A stretch of 43,864 bases of DNA, taken from contig JAYODI010000048.1 in assembly GCA_038279365.1 (NCBI GenBank), forward strand, positions 1 to 43,864. The letters run 5' to 3'. Shown here piece by piece: positions 19,367-29,163 of this stretch. The notes below the pieces were generated by a model. That model saw only the letters and a program-made list of their open reading frames with translations, did no database searches and was not told the DNA's origin. This DNA comes from Candidatus Latescibacterota bacterium. GTDB taxonomy: Bacteria; Latescibacterota; UBA2968. The position numbers were made by a program, and so were the translations under genes. Within the stretch, counting starts at the first letter, position 1; each line of letters opens with the position of its first letter.

Positions 19367-19430
19367 AGAATCGGATAGGTGATTGTTTGGCTTGAGATGT
19401 GATGAGATCTGATGATTTTGGGAGTGGCAT

Positions 19431-21899
19431 ATGTTTCGCAATTATTTGATGGTTGCTGTTCGCAATTTGATGCGGCAAAAATTATATGCTGGCATTAACG
19501 TTTTGGGGCTTGCCATTGGGATGGCGTGTTGTTTGTTGATTTTGCTTTATATCCAAGGTGAGATGGGGTATAACAGCAACTATGCAAATGTAGAACGTAT
19601 TTTCAAAGTGATTCGAGAAACAAAAACAGCCACGGGTACCCAAACGTTTAGTGACCGCACCTCAGGGCCTTTGGGATCAAAATTGAAAACACAGTTTCCC
19701 AAAGTGGAAGATGTTGCGCGTTTGTTTCGGCGCAATGCGTGGATTAAGACCCAAGATGATGTGTATCCGATGACTTTGTGTGTGTCTGATCCCAATCTGT
19801 TTTCATTTTTCAATTTTGAACTTGTTGTTGGAGATCCACAATCGGTTTTTCGAGATCCGCAAGGTGTTGTGCTCACTGAAACAACAGCGCGCCGGTTGTT
19901 TGGAAATCGCAATCCAATGGGTGAAGTGGTTGAGGTCGAAGAGTTTTCAACGGGGGGTGCCTATACGGTTTGCGGTGTGATGAAAGATATTTCTCCAAAG
20001 TCTACGGTGCAGTTTGATTTGGTATGTGCGGTTTCACCCACCGATCCTTTTTGGATGTGGAAAGAGTGGATGCCTACGGGTTGGTTACAGATGGAGACGT
20101 ATGTGTTGTTGTCTGCACGTGATTTGGCAACCTCGTTAGAAGAAAAGATGCAGGTGTTGTTGGGGCAACATATGGGCCAAATGGTTGCGCAATATAACCG
20201 CTACCATTTGCATGCTTTTGATCGTATTTATTTATATTCGGCACACGACTACAATATTAAAAAAGCGGGGTTTGGTGGCAGTGGGATGGCTTATGGCGAT
20301 TTGGATCGGCTTTATTTGGCGGCGTTTATTGCTGTGGCAATTTTGCTTATCGCCTGTGTAAATTTTGTCAATTTGGCAACGGCCCGATCTGCCAAACGTG
20401 CTCGCGAGGTGGGTTTGCGAAAAGCGGTGGGGGCATCGTTTGGAAATTTGGTGGTACAATTTTTGGGCGAGTCTTTGTTGCTTACTTTGGGTGCTGTGTT
20501 TGTTGCTGTCGGGTTTGTTGAGATTACGTTGCCCGTTTTTGGCGATTTTGTGGGAAAACCATTGTTATTTGATTTTTGGAATACACCAAGTGTGTTGATT
20601 TTGTTGTTGGGTTTGGTTGTTGTTGTGGGTGTGTTTGCAGGCGGATACCCAGCTTTTGCATTGTCATCTTATCGACCTGTGGATGTGCTCAAAGCGCAAT
20701 CTGCACATCCGCGTGGTGGGCATTGGCTTAGAAAAGTGTTGGTTGTTTTTCAGTTTGCGGTGTCTGTTGTTTTGATTGTGGGGATGTTAATCTGTGCGGC
20801 TCAGGTGTCTTATTTGCGCAATCGCGATTTGGGTTTTGACAAAGAAGCTATTCTTGAAGTGCCTATTTTTGTGACGGCGAGCAATGTTCCCGAATGGGGT
20901 TCTTATGGTGGCGATTTGAAGCGGCAATATAATCGTGTGAAAGAAGCTTTTTTAAAACATCCCAATATTCTGGCGGCATCTTCTGCGCGTTTTGCTTTGG
21001 GAAGCTATTCTCCACAGTCTATTTTTCAAGCAGAAGGCATAGGCGATCAAGGTTGGCAGTTTCGCGTTTATCCCGTTGATGAAGATTTCATATCTACTTT
21101 GAATATTGAATTGATAGAAGGTAGTGGGTTTTCGCGCACACATACCGAACTTGATTTTTATGAACGCGATCAAAAAAATGTGCCTGAGACTTTTATTTTG
21201 ACCGAGTCTGCTGTGAAACAGTTGGGTTGGCAAGATCCATTGGGTAAAAGGCTCAGTGGACATCAACGTGCGGGTACGGTGATTGGGGTGGTAAAAGATT
21301 TTCATTTTCAGTCGTTAAAACAAATTCAAGAACCTGCGGTATTGGTGCCAGATTTTGAACATTTGAAGGTGTTGTATTTAAAGATTAATCCTGCTCACTT
21401 TGAAGAGACACGTGCATTTATTGAAGCAACTTGGAAACAATTTTTACCCACCCGACCCTTTAAATTTTCTTTTTTAGATGATCGTTTGGATTTGATTTAC
21501 AATGAAGAAGAAAGTTTGGAACGGCTATTTACCGTGTTTGCTTTGCTGGCTATTTTTGTGGGATGTTTAGGATTGTTCGGTTTGTCGTCATATATGACCT
21601 TACAGCGCACACGCGAAATTGGTATTCGCAAAATGTTGGGTGCTTCGGTATCTCAGGTGGTGACGCTTTTGGTTCGCGATTTTGCCAAATTGATCATTGT
21701 GGCCATTGTGATTGCTTTGCCTGTTTCATATTATATGATGACTTCGTGGCTTGCAAACTTTCCTTATCGAATTGATTTGACGCCCGTGCCATTTGTGGCG
21801 GGTGGTTTCATCGCTTTTATGATTGCTCTTGCAACGGTGATGTATCAGGCATTTTCGGCAGCACTGTCTGACCCTGTGGATGCGTTGAAGTGTGAATGA
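19431..21899 (+). CDS. ABC transporter permease, duplicated MacB_PCD/FtsX type
   Basis: MFRNYLMVAVRNL, INVLGLAIG, IACVNFVNL..ARS..RAREVGLRK, LVVFQF, RTREIGIRKMLGAS, DPVDALKCE. No ATPase gene adjacent. Confidence 0.92.
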   Translation: MFRNYLMVAVRNLMRQKLYAGINVLGLAIGMACCLLILLYIQGEMGYNSNYANVERIFKVIRETKTATGTQTFSDRTSGPLGSKLKTQFPKVEDVARLFRRNAWIKTQDDVYPMTLCVSDPNLFSFFNFELVVGDPQSVFRDPQGVVLTETTARRLFGNRNPMGEVVEVEEFSTGGAYTVCGVMKDISPKSTVQFDLVCAVSPTDPFWMWKEWMPTGWLQMETYVLLSARDLATSLEEKMQVLLGQHMGQMVAQYNRYHLHAFDRIYLYSAHDYNIKKAGFGGSGMAYGDLDRLYLAAFIAVAILLIACVNFVNLATARSAKRAREVGLRKAVGASFGNLVVQFLGESLLLTLGAVFVAVGFVEITLPVFGDFVGKPLLFDFWNTPSVLILLLGLVVVVGVFAGGYPAFALSSYRPVDVLKAQSAHPRGGHWLRKVLVVFQFAVSVVLIVGMLICAAQVSYLRNRDLGFDKEAILEVPIFVTASNVPEWGSYGGDLKRQYNRVKEAFLKHPNILAASSARFALGSYSPQSIFQAEGIGDQGWQFRVYPVDEDFISTLNIELIEGSGFSRTHTELDFYERDQKNVPETFILTESAVKQLGWQDPLGKRLSGHQRAGTVIGVVKDFHFQSLKQIQEPAVLVPDFEHLKVLYLKINPAHFEETRAFIEATWKQFLPTRPFKFSFLDDRLDLIYNEEESLERLFTVFALLAIFVGCLGLFGLSSYMTLQRTREIGIRKMLGASVSQVVTLLVRDFAKLIIVAIVIALPVSYYMMTSWLANFPYRIDLTPVPFVAGGFIAFMIALATVMYQAFSAALSDPVDALKCE

Positions 21900-22026
21900 C
21901 TGTTTTGAAATAGTTTTGCTGAGATCATAAATGGATTTTTTTGATTGTCAAACCTGGCTTTCTTTTTTGGAGATTATCAGTTATTATTAGTCATCCAATG
22001 TCTCAATCCACAGATGAGGTTGTATT

Positions 22027-22332
22027 ATGAGTAGTGTACTTGAAAAAATTCAAGCGATTGAAAAAATAGGTGCAAGAGATGAAATTGATCAAACCTTGCG
22101 CAAATGGATACAGATCCATTTACAAAAGTATGAACAACAAATAGAAAGTGTTCAGAATGAACTTCTTCCATTTGAGAAACAATTTGGCATGTCCTCTGCA
22201 ATGGGATATGAAAAGTATGAAGCTGGAACTTTAGGTGATGATGCCGATGTGATGGATTGGATGGGGGTTTATGATAACTTTCGTCTCTACCAAGAGCGGA
22301 TAGAGATGTTACGCTCGGTTACTGAAGAATGA
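22027..22332 (+). CDS. Probable antitoxin
   Basis: 101 aa with FEKQFGMSS...YEAGTLGDDADVMDW, a pattern common in small TA partners. ATGA overlap with the DUF6516 gene. Confidence 0.65.
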   Translation: MSSVLEKIQAIEKIGARDEIDQTLRKWIQIHLQKYEQQIESVQNELLPFEKQFGMSSAMGYEKYEAGTLGDDADVMDWMGVYDNFRLYQERIEMLRSVTEE

Positions 22333-22718
22333 TCGAAGACTATTTAAGACAGCTTGATGATGTTTTGAGTGCCCATTCTGAAGTAACACAGGTTGTTGTT
22401 TTTCGGCGGCATATTGTTGATACTGGATGGGAAAAGGTTCTAAATTACCGCTATCGGATTATTTTGTCAGATGGTGGACTTATGGACATGTCTGAACGAA
22501 TATTAGAGTCGGGCAATGCATTAACTGTGACGAAATATCGATTTCATTGGCAAAATACACAGGGTCAACTTATTCGTCGATGGGACAATGCACCTCATCA
22601 TAAAGACGTTGAAACATTTCCCAATCACCTTCATGATGGTACTGAAGGGAATGTGGTGCCCCATTCGGCTGTTACGGGTCTTGACGCATTGAAGCTTATT
22701 TTGAGTGAAGTAGGATAA
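22329..22718 (+). CDS. DUF6516-family (TumE-like) putative toxin
   Basis: KYRFHWQ...LIRRWDNAPHH...TFPNHLH motif. Confidence 0.75.
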   Translation: MIEDYLRQLDDVLSAHSEVTQVVVFRRHIVDTGWEKVLNYRYRIILSDGGLMDMSERILESGNALTVTKYRFHWQNTQGQLIRRWDNAPHHKDVETFPNHLHDGTEGNVVPHSAVTGLDALKLILSEVG

Positions 22719-22744
22719 TCAGAACTTACTCTGGTGAGAATATC

Positions 22745-22778
22745 AAAAAAAGCGACCACTTTATGTGGTCGCTTTTTT
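22745..22778. terminator. Bidirectional Rho-independent terminator
   Basis: A6-AGCGACCAC-tttat-GTGGTCGCT-T5 between convergent genes. Confidence 0.9.
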
Positions 22779-22816
22779 ATTTGGATGTATTCTGTTTTGA
22801 CCTGTGACTTTTTTTA

Positions 22817-23854
22817 TCAATCCAACTCTGAGAGTTTCACGGTGCGACCTTCTTTGGCTGAAAGGTCGGCGGCAAAGTTGACCCGATGTGTTTCGAAGGC
22901 AATTTCGAAGTTGGTTTTGGGCATGGGTTGGTTGTTGTTTACGCCGTCAACAAAAGCTTGGAATTGCGGTTGATAGGGGTGATCGGATACATCACCCGAG
23001 TCGATTAATGAGGTTTCAAGTGTGCTCCATTTGTTTTTGTTCATGCCGTGTAGCTTGTGAGAATAAAACTTGTTGTCGAGCAAACTGCCTTCGGAGCCAA
23101 CCAAGTGAATGTGGAAGTAATAAGGTTGCATACAATCGACACAAGAAGTGACTTTGGCCACTTTGCCATTGTTGTATTTGAGCAAGGTTACTGTGGTGGT
23201 ATCGTATTCATAAGGTGTGAAGTATTGTGATTTTGATTTGGTCGATAAACTGGTAACTTCTTCAACCTGGCCATCCATAAAAAAGAGTTGGGCATCTAAG
23301 GCATGGCACCCGGCGGTGAGCAAGCTGGAACCTGCAAAGTCTTTTTTGACGTTCCACTCATATTGACCATACCAAGGGCCAATACCGTGGTAATAGTCCA
23401 CTTCGCCATAATGCAAGTCGCCGAGTAATCCTTGGTCGATGACGGAGCGAATCATGGTAAAGTGTGCGCTGAATCGACACTCAAAACACACACACGATTG
23501 CACACCTGCTCTTTTGATGGCATCTCGCACGCGCTTTAGGTCTTCATAGCTGAGGCAAATGGGTTTTTCAATAATGAGATGTTTGCCCGCTTCAGCGGCG
23601 GCAATGGCTTGGTCGGTATGAAATTTGTGTGGCGTGCAAATGTCAATAATGTGAATGTCTGGATCGGCAAGCATGTCTTCAAATTTTGTATATGCTTTGA
23701 GTGGTATGCCATATTGTGCTGCGAGATCTGCTTCGTTGTGATCTCTGCGTGAGCAAATGGCCGTGACATTTGCGCCTTTGACAGACTTGAATGTTTCAAT
23801 ATGTGCGCCTGCTACCCAACCAAGTCCTACAATGCCAACATTCAGATCGCTCAT
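22817..23854 (-). CDS. Gfo/Idh/MocA-family oxidoreductase
   Basis: [41 protein letters not shown] before ATG 23854. Confidence 0.9.
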   Translation of the reverse strand: MSDLNVGIVGLGWVAGAHIETFKSVKGANVTAICSRRDHNEADLAAQYGIPLKAYTKFEDMLADPDIHIIDICTPHKFHTDQAIAAAEAGKHLIIEKPICLSYEDLKRVRDAIKRAGVQSCVCFECRFSAHFTMIRSVIDQGLLGDLHYGEVDYYHGIGPWYGQYEWNVKKDFAGSSLLTAGCHALDAQLFFMDGQVEEVTSLSTKSKSQYFTPYEYDTTTVTLLKYNNGKVAKVTSCVDCMQPYYFHIHLVGSEGSLLDNKFYSHKLHGMNKNKWSTLETSLIDSGDVSDHPYQPQFQAFVDGVNNNQPMPKTNFEIAFETHRVNFAADLSAKEGRTVKLSELD

Positions 23855-24099
23855 AAAAACCTCCAAAAAGAATGCATCTTAAAACGATACGATAATACCA
23901 ACTTTAGAGATGGCATGATGAAGCGAATCACAAGAGATGTCAATACAAATATGAGCTATGATGTGGAGGTTAAAATCTCAAAACTTAAATACGACTCGCG
24001 GGTGGTGTGGGCCGTTGTGCAGTTGGTGTGTGGGGATGGGGTGTAGGAACTGCGCGGGCAGGTAGGGGATATGTGTTTGTAAAAACACCGAAGGTCATT

Positions 24100-24876
24100 T
24101 TAGAGAGAAAGTTCGTAGAGCTTATACAAAAGAATACCAGAAGCAACTGCCACATTGAGCGATTCAACGGGTGATGTCATGGGAATTGTAACTGTTTGTG
24201 TGGCTCGTGCAAGTAATTCAGGATCAACACCAAATGCCTCGTTGCCCAAGAGCAGTGCAACGGGGTTTTTTTGTGTGAGTTGATGATACGGTGTGCCATC
24301 TATGTGTGCCGCCAAAATGGAGATGTTGTGTTGGGTGAGTTCTTGGATCAAGTCTAAACCATTTTCGCCCGAAAAAACAGGCAATCGAAAAATGGCACCC
24401 ATGGTTGAACGAACCACTTTGGCATTAAACAATTCAACCGACCCGGGTGTGAGAAAAATGCCTGCACAAGATGCGGCTTCAGCGGTGCGCATGATCATGC
24501 CCAAGTTGCCAGGATCTGAAATGCGATCGAGAATGAGAATGGGTTTTGTCGATTGGAGAACGGTATCTCTATTCCACTTGGGCATGTTGACCACACCCAA
24601 GACACCTTGAGGGGTCTCGGTGTCGCTCATGCCTTTGAAGGCACGCCAATCGGTTTGTTGGATGGGGATTTTATTTTGAACGGTATTTTGAAAGAGAGTT
24701 GCCAGACGCTCGTTGCGATCTATGCTTTCGCGGCAAAAGAGAAACTGTTCGATGGGTGCATGTGAAGCAATGGCTTCTTCGCACAAACGAATGCCTTCAA
24801 TGAGGTACTTGCCTTGTTCGTCGCGGCTTTTGCGCTGTTTGAGTGCAAGAATGTGTCTTGCGCCTTTAATGGCCAT
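24100..24876 (-). CDS. TrmH/SpoU-family RNA methyltransferase
   Basis: IEGIRL, TPQG, DPGNLGMIMRTA, LGNEAFG, ESLNVAVA. Confidence 0.93.
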   Translation of the reverse strand: MAIKGARHILALKQRKSRDEQGKYLIEGIRLCEEAIASHAPIEQFLFCRESIDRNERLATLFQNTVQNKIPIQQTDWRAFKGMSDTETPQGVLGVVNMPKWNRDTVLQSTKPILILDRISDPGNLGMIMRTAEAASCAGIFLTPGSVELFNAKVVRSTMGAIFRLPVFSGENGLDLIQELTQHNISILAAHIDGTPYHQLTQKNPVALLLGNEAFGVDPELLARATQTVTIPMTSPVESLNVAVASGILLYKLYELSL

Positions 24877-24879
24877 ATT

Positions 24880-25041
24880 TTATATGTTGTCTTGGGGCGT
24901 TTCACCCCGGTTAAGTGTGCTACGTAAGTCTTGTAATTCTTCCCAAATGTTTTTTTCTCGTTTGGCCAAATTAAGAAAATAAAGCAAAATGGCCACCCAA
25001 ATGATGATGTAGGCCGCTGTCATATATCCGAGATACTGCAT
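24880..25041 (-). CDS. ccmD: Heme exporter protein D, 53 aa, absent from the ORF track
   Basis: Own translation: MQYLGYMTAAYIIIWVAILLYFLNLAKREKNIWEELQDLRSTLNRGETPQDNI. AY motif, one TM helix and a charged tail; GGAGG RBS; directly downstream of ccmC. Confidence 0.85.
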   Translation of the reverse strand: MQYLGYMTAAYIIIWVAILLYFLNLAKREKNIWEELQDLRSTLNRGETPQDNI

Positions 25042-25107
25042 GGTATCCTCCGGGAAACAATATTACCGATGTTGTAGGCTGTTGTTTTGAAAAGTTAAAA
25101 TGCAAAA

Positions 25108-25821
25108 TTACTTGGTGCCCACTTGACCCAATATGGTTTTGCGGTCTCTGATTTCGGCTTTGAGTGATTCAATCTCGTCGCGGGCTTTTTCGATGGAAAC
25201 GCGTTTGAATAAAAGGGACAAAAAGAGCATCAGAAAAGTGAATACACAAAAGTAAAATGCAATTTTCATGTCGATGGGTAACCCAAATTCTTCACCTCGA
25301 ATGACTTCGGGGTGGTGGGTGCGCCAAAGTTTTGTTGCATAGTGAATAAGCGGCATATCTAAAAAGCCAATGATGCCCAGAACAGCTCTAAATTTGGCAC
25401 TTTGTAGTGAATCGTCGCTGTAACTGTGTAACATCAGATAGGCAACAAAGATGAGCCACAATGTGAGGGTGAGCGTAAGTTGTGCATCCCAAGTCCACCA
25501 AGTGCCCCAAATGGGTTTGGCCCAGATCGGGCCAGTGAGCAAGACCAGGGTGCAAAACAACAAGCCTACTTCGGCACCACAAAGCGCCCAGATGTCATAT
25601 TTTTTGTCTTTTTTGTAAAGGTATAAAATGCTGGAAACAAAACAGACTGAAAACCCAGCATACATCATAAAAGCTGAAGGAACGTGATAGTAGAATATTT
25701 TTTGTGCCAAGCCCATGTCTTTTTCTAGGCCGGCATACATAAAGGCCATGTAGGGTGCAATGATAAGGCCTATGAGGGCCAAAATACCAAAGACAAAGGC
25801 AGGGATATATGGACGTCGCAT
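25108..25821 (-). CDS. ccmC: Heme exporter protein C
   Basis: IFYYHVP, WWD motif WAKPIWGTWWTWDAQLT, WRTHHP. Start moved to ATG 25821 to avoid overlap with ccmB. Confidence 0.92.
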   Translation of the reverse strand: MRRPYIPAFVFGILALIGLIIAPYMAFMYAGLEKDMGLAQKIFYYHVPSAFMMYAGFSVCFVSSILYLYKKDKKYDIWALCGAEVGLLFCTLVLLTGPIWAKPIWGTWWTWDAQLTLTLTLWLIFVAYLMLHSYSDDSLQSAKFRAVLGIIGFLDMPLIHYATKLWRTHHPEVIRGEEFGLPIDMKIAFYFCVFTFLMLFLSLLFKRVSIEKARDEIESLKAEIRDRKTILGQVGTK

Positions 25822-25826
25822 GGGGA

Positions 25827-26507
25827 TTAATCCTCCAAAACAAATTCGAATAACAATAAACAGGCGGCGCCAAAAAGCCCAGCAAAAGCTCCGCCCAATT
25901 TTAACCACGATAGCACATCTATTAAAGCGTCTCCAGCCAAGATACCTCGAAAGGCTTCTACGGCGGCCAAGAGAGCAGGGGTGAGTACAGGCAATGTGAG
26001 AATGGGCAACAATGCTTCTTGCAAGCGGGTGTTCATCGACATAGCGGCAAAGAGGGTGCCCACAGCCGCAAAGCCCAATGTGCCTAATAATATGGGGATG
26101 GATAAACGGGGCAGGACACTGAAAATTTCGATGTCTAAAAAAACGACCAATATGGGTAAGATGAGGGCTTCGAGAAACAACATGGCTGTTATATTGCCCA
26201 ACATTTTGCCCAAAAAAATGGCACCTGGGTCTGCGGGGGTCAGCCTAAGACCCAAGAGGCAATCATTTTGTTTTTCGATGGCAAATGCACGCCCCAACCC
26301 CATAAGCCCTGCAAATGTGGTCGCAATCCAAAAGATGCCAGGTGCTGCTGATTGCATAATGGGTGAGCCGGGCTCAAATACAAAATTAAAAATGAGTACG
26401 ACCAAAAATGCAAAGAATACCATGGCACTCAAGCGTTCTTTGGTGCGCCATTCGGTTCGCAGGTCTTTTTCAAATATGGCCAAAGTTTGAGTGATGAATA
26501 AGGACAT
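25827..26507 (-). CDS. ccmB: Heme exporter protein B
   Basis: KDLRTEWR, F..EKQNDCLLGL, FLGK, LLPILTLPVLTP; hydrophobic; lies between ccmA and ccmC. Confidence 0.92.
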   Translation of the reverse strand: MSLFITQTLAIFEKDLRTEWRTKERLSAMVFFAFLVVLIFNFVFEPGSPIMQSAAPGIFWIATTFAGLMGLGRAFAIEKQNDCLLGLRLTPADPGAIFLGKMLGNITAMLFLEALILPILVVFLDIEIFSVLPRLSIPILLGTLGFAAVGTLFAAMSMNTRLQEALLPILTLPVLTPALLAAVEAFRGILAGDALIDVLSWLKLGGAFAGLFGAACLLLFEFVLED

Positions 26508-26535
26508 GGAATGCGGTTCTAAAAAATGGTGGATG

Positions 26536-26646
26536 AGAGAATAGGCGAATGGGCGAATGGGCGAATAGACGAAAATCTTGCAACATACTTTGGGTAGAAG
26601 GATTCGTTGATTACTCGCTACGCTCGTTGTAACCTGCGGCTGTGTG
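26536..26646 (-). repeat. REP/MITE-like intergenic repeat, copy 2, with 8-mer tandem units
   Basis: AGAGAATA GGCGAATG GGCGAATG GGCGAATA GACGAAAA (26536-26575), then 26602-26646 is the reverse complement of 781-825 (41/45). Confidence 0.8.
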
Positions 26647-26665
26647 CTGATTTGCAGTTTCGCTT

Positions 26666-27379
26666 CTACGCATTGCTCTCGTTTACTTTTTGTTCGTACA
26701 ATGTGCGCAATTCTGTTTCGCTGATGTTTTCTGTGGGCGACTCGTGAATCAGTGTGCCGCGTTTTAAAATGGCAAATCGATTGGCCAGCGTTAAACCCTG
26801 CGACAAGTCGTGAGTGACCAAGAGAATGGTGCGTCCTTTTGATCTTAGGTTACAAATCATATCGGACAAGAGTGAACGTGCGGCCGTATCTAAACCCGTG
26901 AAGGGTTCGTCGAGCAATAAAATTTCGGGTTGGTGAAGGGTGGCGCGTGCAATGGCCAGGCGTTGTTTCATGCCACGAGAAAAACCGCGTACCCGATCTC
27001 GGTATCGATCTGCTAATCCTACGGTGTCGAGTGCTTCGCCAACACAATCGGAAATGTTTTGTAGGCCATACATTTTGGCATAAAACGCAAGGTTTTCATA
27101 TGCCGTCAGATCATCATAGAGCAATGTTTGATGTGAGATGAGCCCAATGTGGGCACGCACTTGTTCGGGTGATTCTCGCACATCAATGTTGCGGATATGC
27201 ACACTGCCCGATGAGGGTTTTCCAAGTGTGGCAATAATGCGAAGGAGCGTACTTTTGCCTGCTCCGTTGGGGCCAAAGAGGGTAAACGTTTGACCCTGTG
27301 GTATGGCCAGTGTGATGCCACGTAAAGCGGTGAGGTGCCCAAAGCGTCGGGTGACATCTTTTAGTTCAATGGCATTCAC
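26666..27379 (-). CDS. ccmA: Heme ABC exporter ATP-binding protein
   Basis: GPNGAGKS, LYDDLTAYENL, FSRGMKQR, LLLDEPFTGLD; ccm context. Confidence 0.92.
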   Translation of the reverse strand: MNAIELKDVTRRFGHLTALRGITLAIPQGQTFTLFGPNGAGKSTLLRIIATLGKPSSGSVHIRNIDVRESPEQVRAHIGLISHQTLLYDDLTAYENLAFYAKMYGLQNISDCVGEALDTVGLADRYRDRVRGFSRGMKQRLAIARATLHQPEILLLDEPFTGLDTAARSLLSDMICNLRSKGRTILLVTHDLSQGLTLANRFAILKRGTLIHESPTENISETELRTLYEQKVNESNA

Positions 27380-27384
27380 AGACC

Positions 27385-28644
27385 TTATCCTTGGTCTGTG
27401 AGGTTTGCAACGCGTTTTTTGAGCGCATCTCTTTGTTGTTGATGACGCTTTTTATCGATGTGGCCTTTTTCGAGTTGTTCATCTAAGTCGGCAATTTGTT
27501 CGAGCAATGTTTGGCGGTTTTCCGACAATTCGGCCACTTCTGCTTTGAGCACATCGCGCCGTGTGCGATAAACCTCTTCGGTGATGTTGCCACTTTCAAA
27601 ACGGTCATCTAAGTCGGCAATTTGTTCGAGCAATGCACTGCGGCGGTTGTTTGTGGGGGCCTGTGGAGATGTTTTTGAGCGGGGTTGCCGAATAGCAATA
27701 AATGCCATAGCTCCTAAGAAGAGTGCGGCGATGACAACCACTGCTATGAGTGTATTTTGTGAAACACCTGCTTCTTCAGCACTTTTGATAGATTGAAATC
27801 GAATGCCAATGCGCGCATTGGGTGCGAGGTCGGCGGCAGCAAATTGCTTGAAGGTTTGCCCGCCAAAATTGACTGTGCCGTGTTCGTGCAGGTCTGAGGT
27901 AAAGACTTCTGTTTCTGGGGGTTGCACGAGCAGGTCAAAAGAGCCTGTGGCATAAGTGATGGTTTGATTGAGTTGGTTGTTGGGGGGGAATGCGAAACTG
28001 AAGAACGATTGACTTTGTCCTGGGATGATGGGGCGTGGGTCTACAAGCACGTTGCCGTGTAAATGCACCCCTTCGGGTGCGCGCAAAATTTCGGTGACGC
28101 CATCGGGTAGAGGCAATTCCAAACCGTGCCCATGATCGCCTCCTGTAAGGTAGGTGCGATTGCTACTGTTTTTGACTATGATGATATAAGTGGCTTGTTT
28201 GGCATTGTAATCAACCAATACATGATGTGAGGCAATGGACAACGCGGTGTCTTGATCGGTTGTTTCGTATACAGGAATTTCAATGGTGTCGCCCTGTGTG
28301 GGGTTGCCTGGATAGTCGATGTTTTTGTATCGGGCAATCAGCATGGGAGGTGGATCGGCATTGGGATCTGGGGTTACATCGAGGGTGAAGCGACCATTTT
28401 GATCGGTGGTGTCGCGCACAATGGTGACACCGCTTGCGGCATGGTGAATATAAGAGACCTGAATGTTGGCTTCTGGGCGTGCAAGTGTATGATTGGTCAC
28501 TTGTCCCGTGAGGGCAAATGCGAGGGTTGGTAAAACAAGAAAAACAAGACCCAATAGAACAGATAGGGAGCTGTGGGTTTTTCGGCGAGCAATGTGAGCG
28601 TTTTGGGTGGGAACGGTTTTTGTATGGGGAACCAGATGTCTCAC
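27385..28644 (-). CDS. Ccm-associated exported/membrane protein with beta-sandwich domains, one TM helix and a duplicated C-terminal coil
   Basis: Signal-like segment ending PTLAFA, G.VTN.T...TTDQNGRF domain, a TM helix, and two LLEQIADLD..E.G.I repeats. Start uncertain. Confidence 0.65.
   Translation of the reverse strand: MRHLVPHTKTVPTQNAHIARRKTHSSLSVLLGLVFLVLPTLAFALTGQVTNHTLARPEANIQVSYIHHAASGVTIVRDTTDQNGRFTLDVTPDPNADPPPMLIARYKNIDYPGNPTQGDTIEIPVYETTDQDTALSIASHHVLVDYNAKQATYIIIVKNSSNRTYLTGGDHGHGLELPLPDGVTEILRAPEGVHLHGNVLVDPRPIIPGQSQSFFSFAFPPNNQLNQTITYATGSFDLLVQPPETEVFTSDLHEHGTVNFGGQTFKQFAAADLAPNARIGIRFQSIKSAEEAGVSQNTLIAVVVIAALFLGAMAFIAIRQPRSKTSPQAPTNNRRSALLEQIADLDDRFESGNITEEVYRTRRDVLKAEVAELSENRQTLLEQIADLDEQLEKGHIDKKRHQQQRDALKKRVANLTDQG
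27479..27635. repeat. Intragenic 31-bp direct repeat
   Basis: TCATCTAAGTCGGCAATTTGTTCGAGCAATG at 27479-27509 and 27605-27635, 126 bp (42 codons) apart. Confidence 0.9.
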
Positions 28645-28788
28645 GATTCTTCTTTCTGTTTTTGGTCAAAGTGCTTTTTAAAAAGCACCCTTATATGTTT
28701 CTCCCCTGTTTTGCGTTTTGATGGTAACAGAATATCATTACGCTTTCATCTTCTCTTGGTGAAAAGAAGCAGTTGGGAGCAGATGATT

Positions 28789-29163
28789 TTAATTGTTGTT
28801 TCTGGCTTGTCGAATGGCCGCAATTTCATCTTCTATGGTTTTGTCAACTTCTTTGGCAATGGGCGCGTCGTGCGGGCGATCTGCACGGCCATTGGTTTTG
28901 TCTAAAGCTTTCATAAGTTCCACTGCTTGAGCTTGGTAGCGCGTACGCATTTCCTTGTAGTCTTCTTCTTCTATTTTGCCCATGCGATGGTCAAAGTCAA
29001 GCTCGCGAATGGCTTCATAAACACGTTCGCTTTCTTCGCGCATTTGACGGCGTCGGCTTTCGCGTTGTGTGGTTTGTGTAATGGTATCACTTGTGGCAAA
29101 AAGTGGGGCAAATACAAATAACAACACCCCTACAGAAATTAGAATAAATGCAGCTATCATCAT
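28789..29163 (-). CDS. CcmI N-terminal-like membrane protein
   Basis: TM helix ending in PL, then YEAIRELDFDHRMGKIEEEDY; ATGA-coupled to ccmH. Confidence 0.7.
   Translation of the reverse strand: MMIAAFILISVGVLLFVFAPLFATSDTITQTTQRESRRRQMREESERVYEAIRELDFDHRMGKIEEEDYKEMRTRYQAQAVELMKALDKTNGRADRPHDAPIAKEVDKTIEDEIAAIRQARNNN

Noticed and set aside
23995-24070. G-rich tract as a G-quadruplex or ncRNA
   Set aside because: Irregular G runs are expected from the strand skew; no second copy or clear structure was seen
25822-25908. N-terminal extensions in the ORF track for ccmC (also at 13884, 16857, 37213 and 4480)
   Set aside because: They overlap neighbouring genes or terminators, or lack an RBS; downstream ATGs fit better
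26536-26646. Possible CRISPR array
   Set aside because: Units are 8 nt with no spacers, and there are no cas genes in the window
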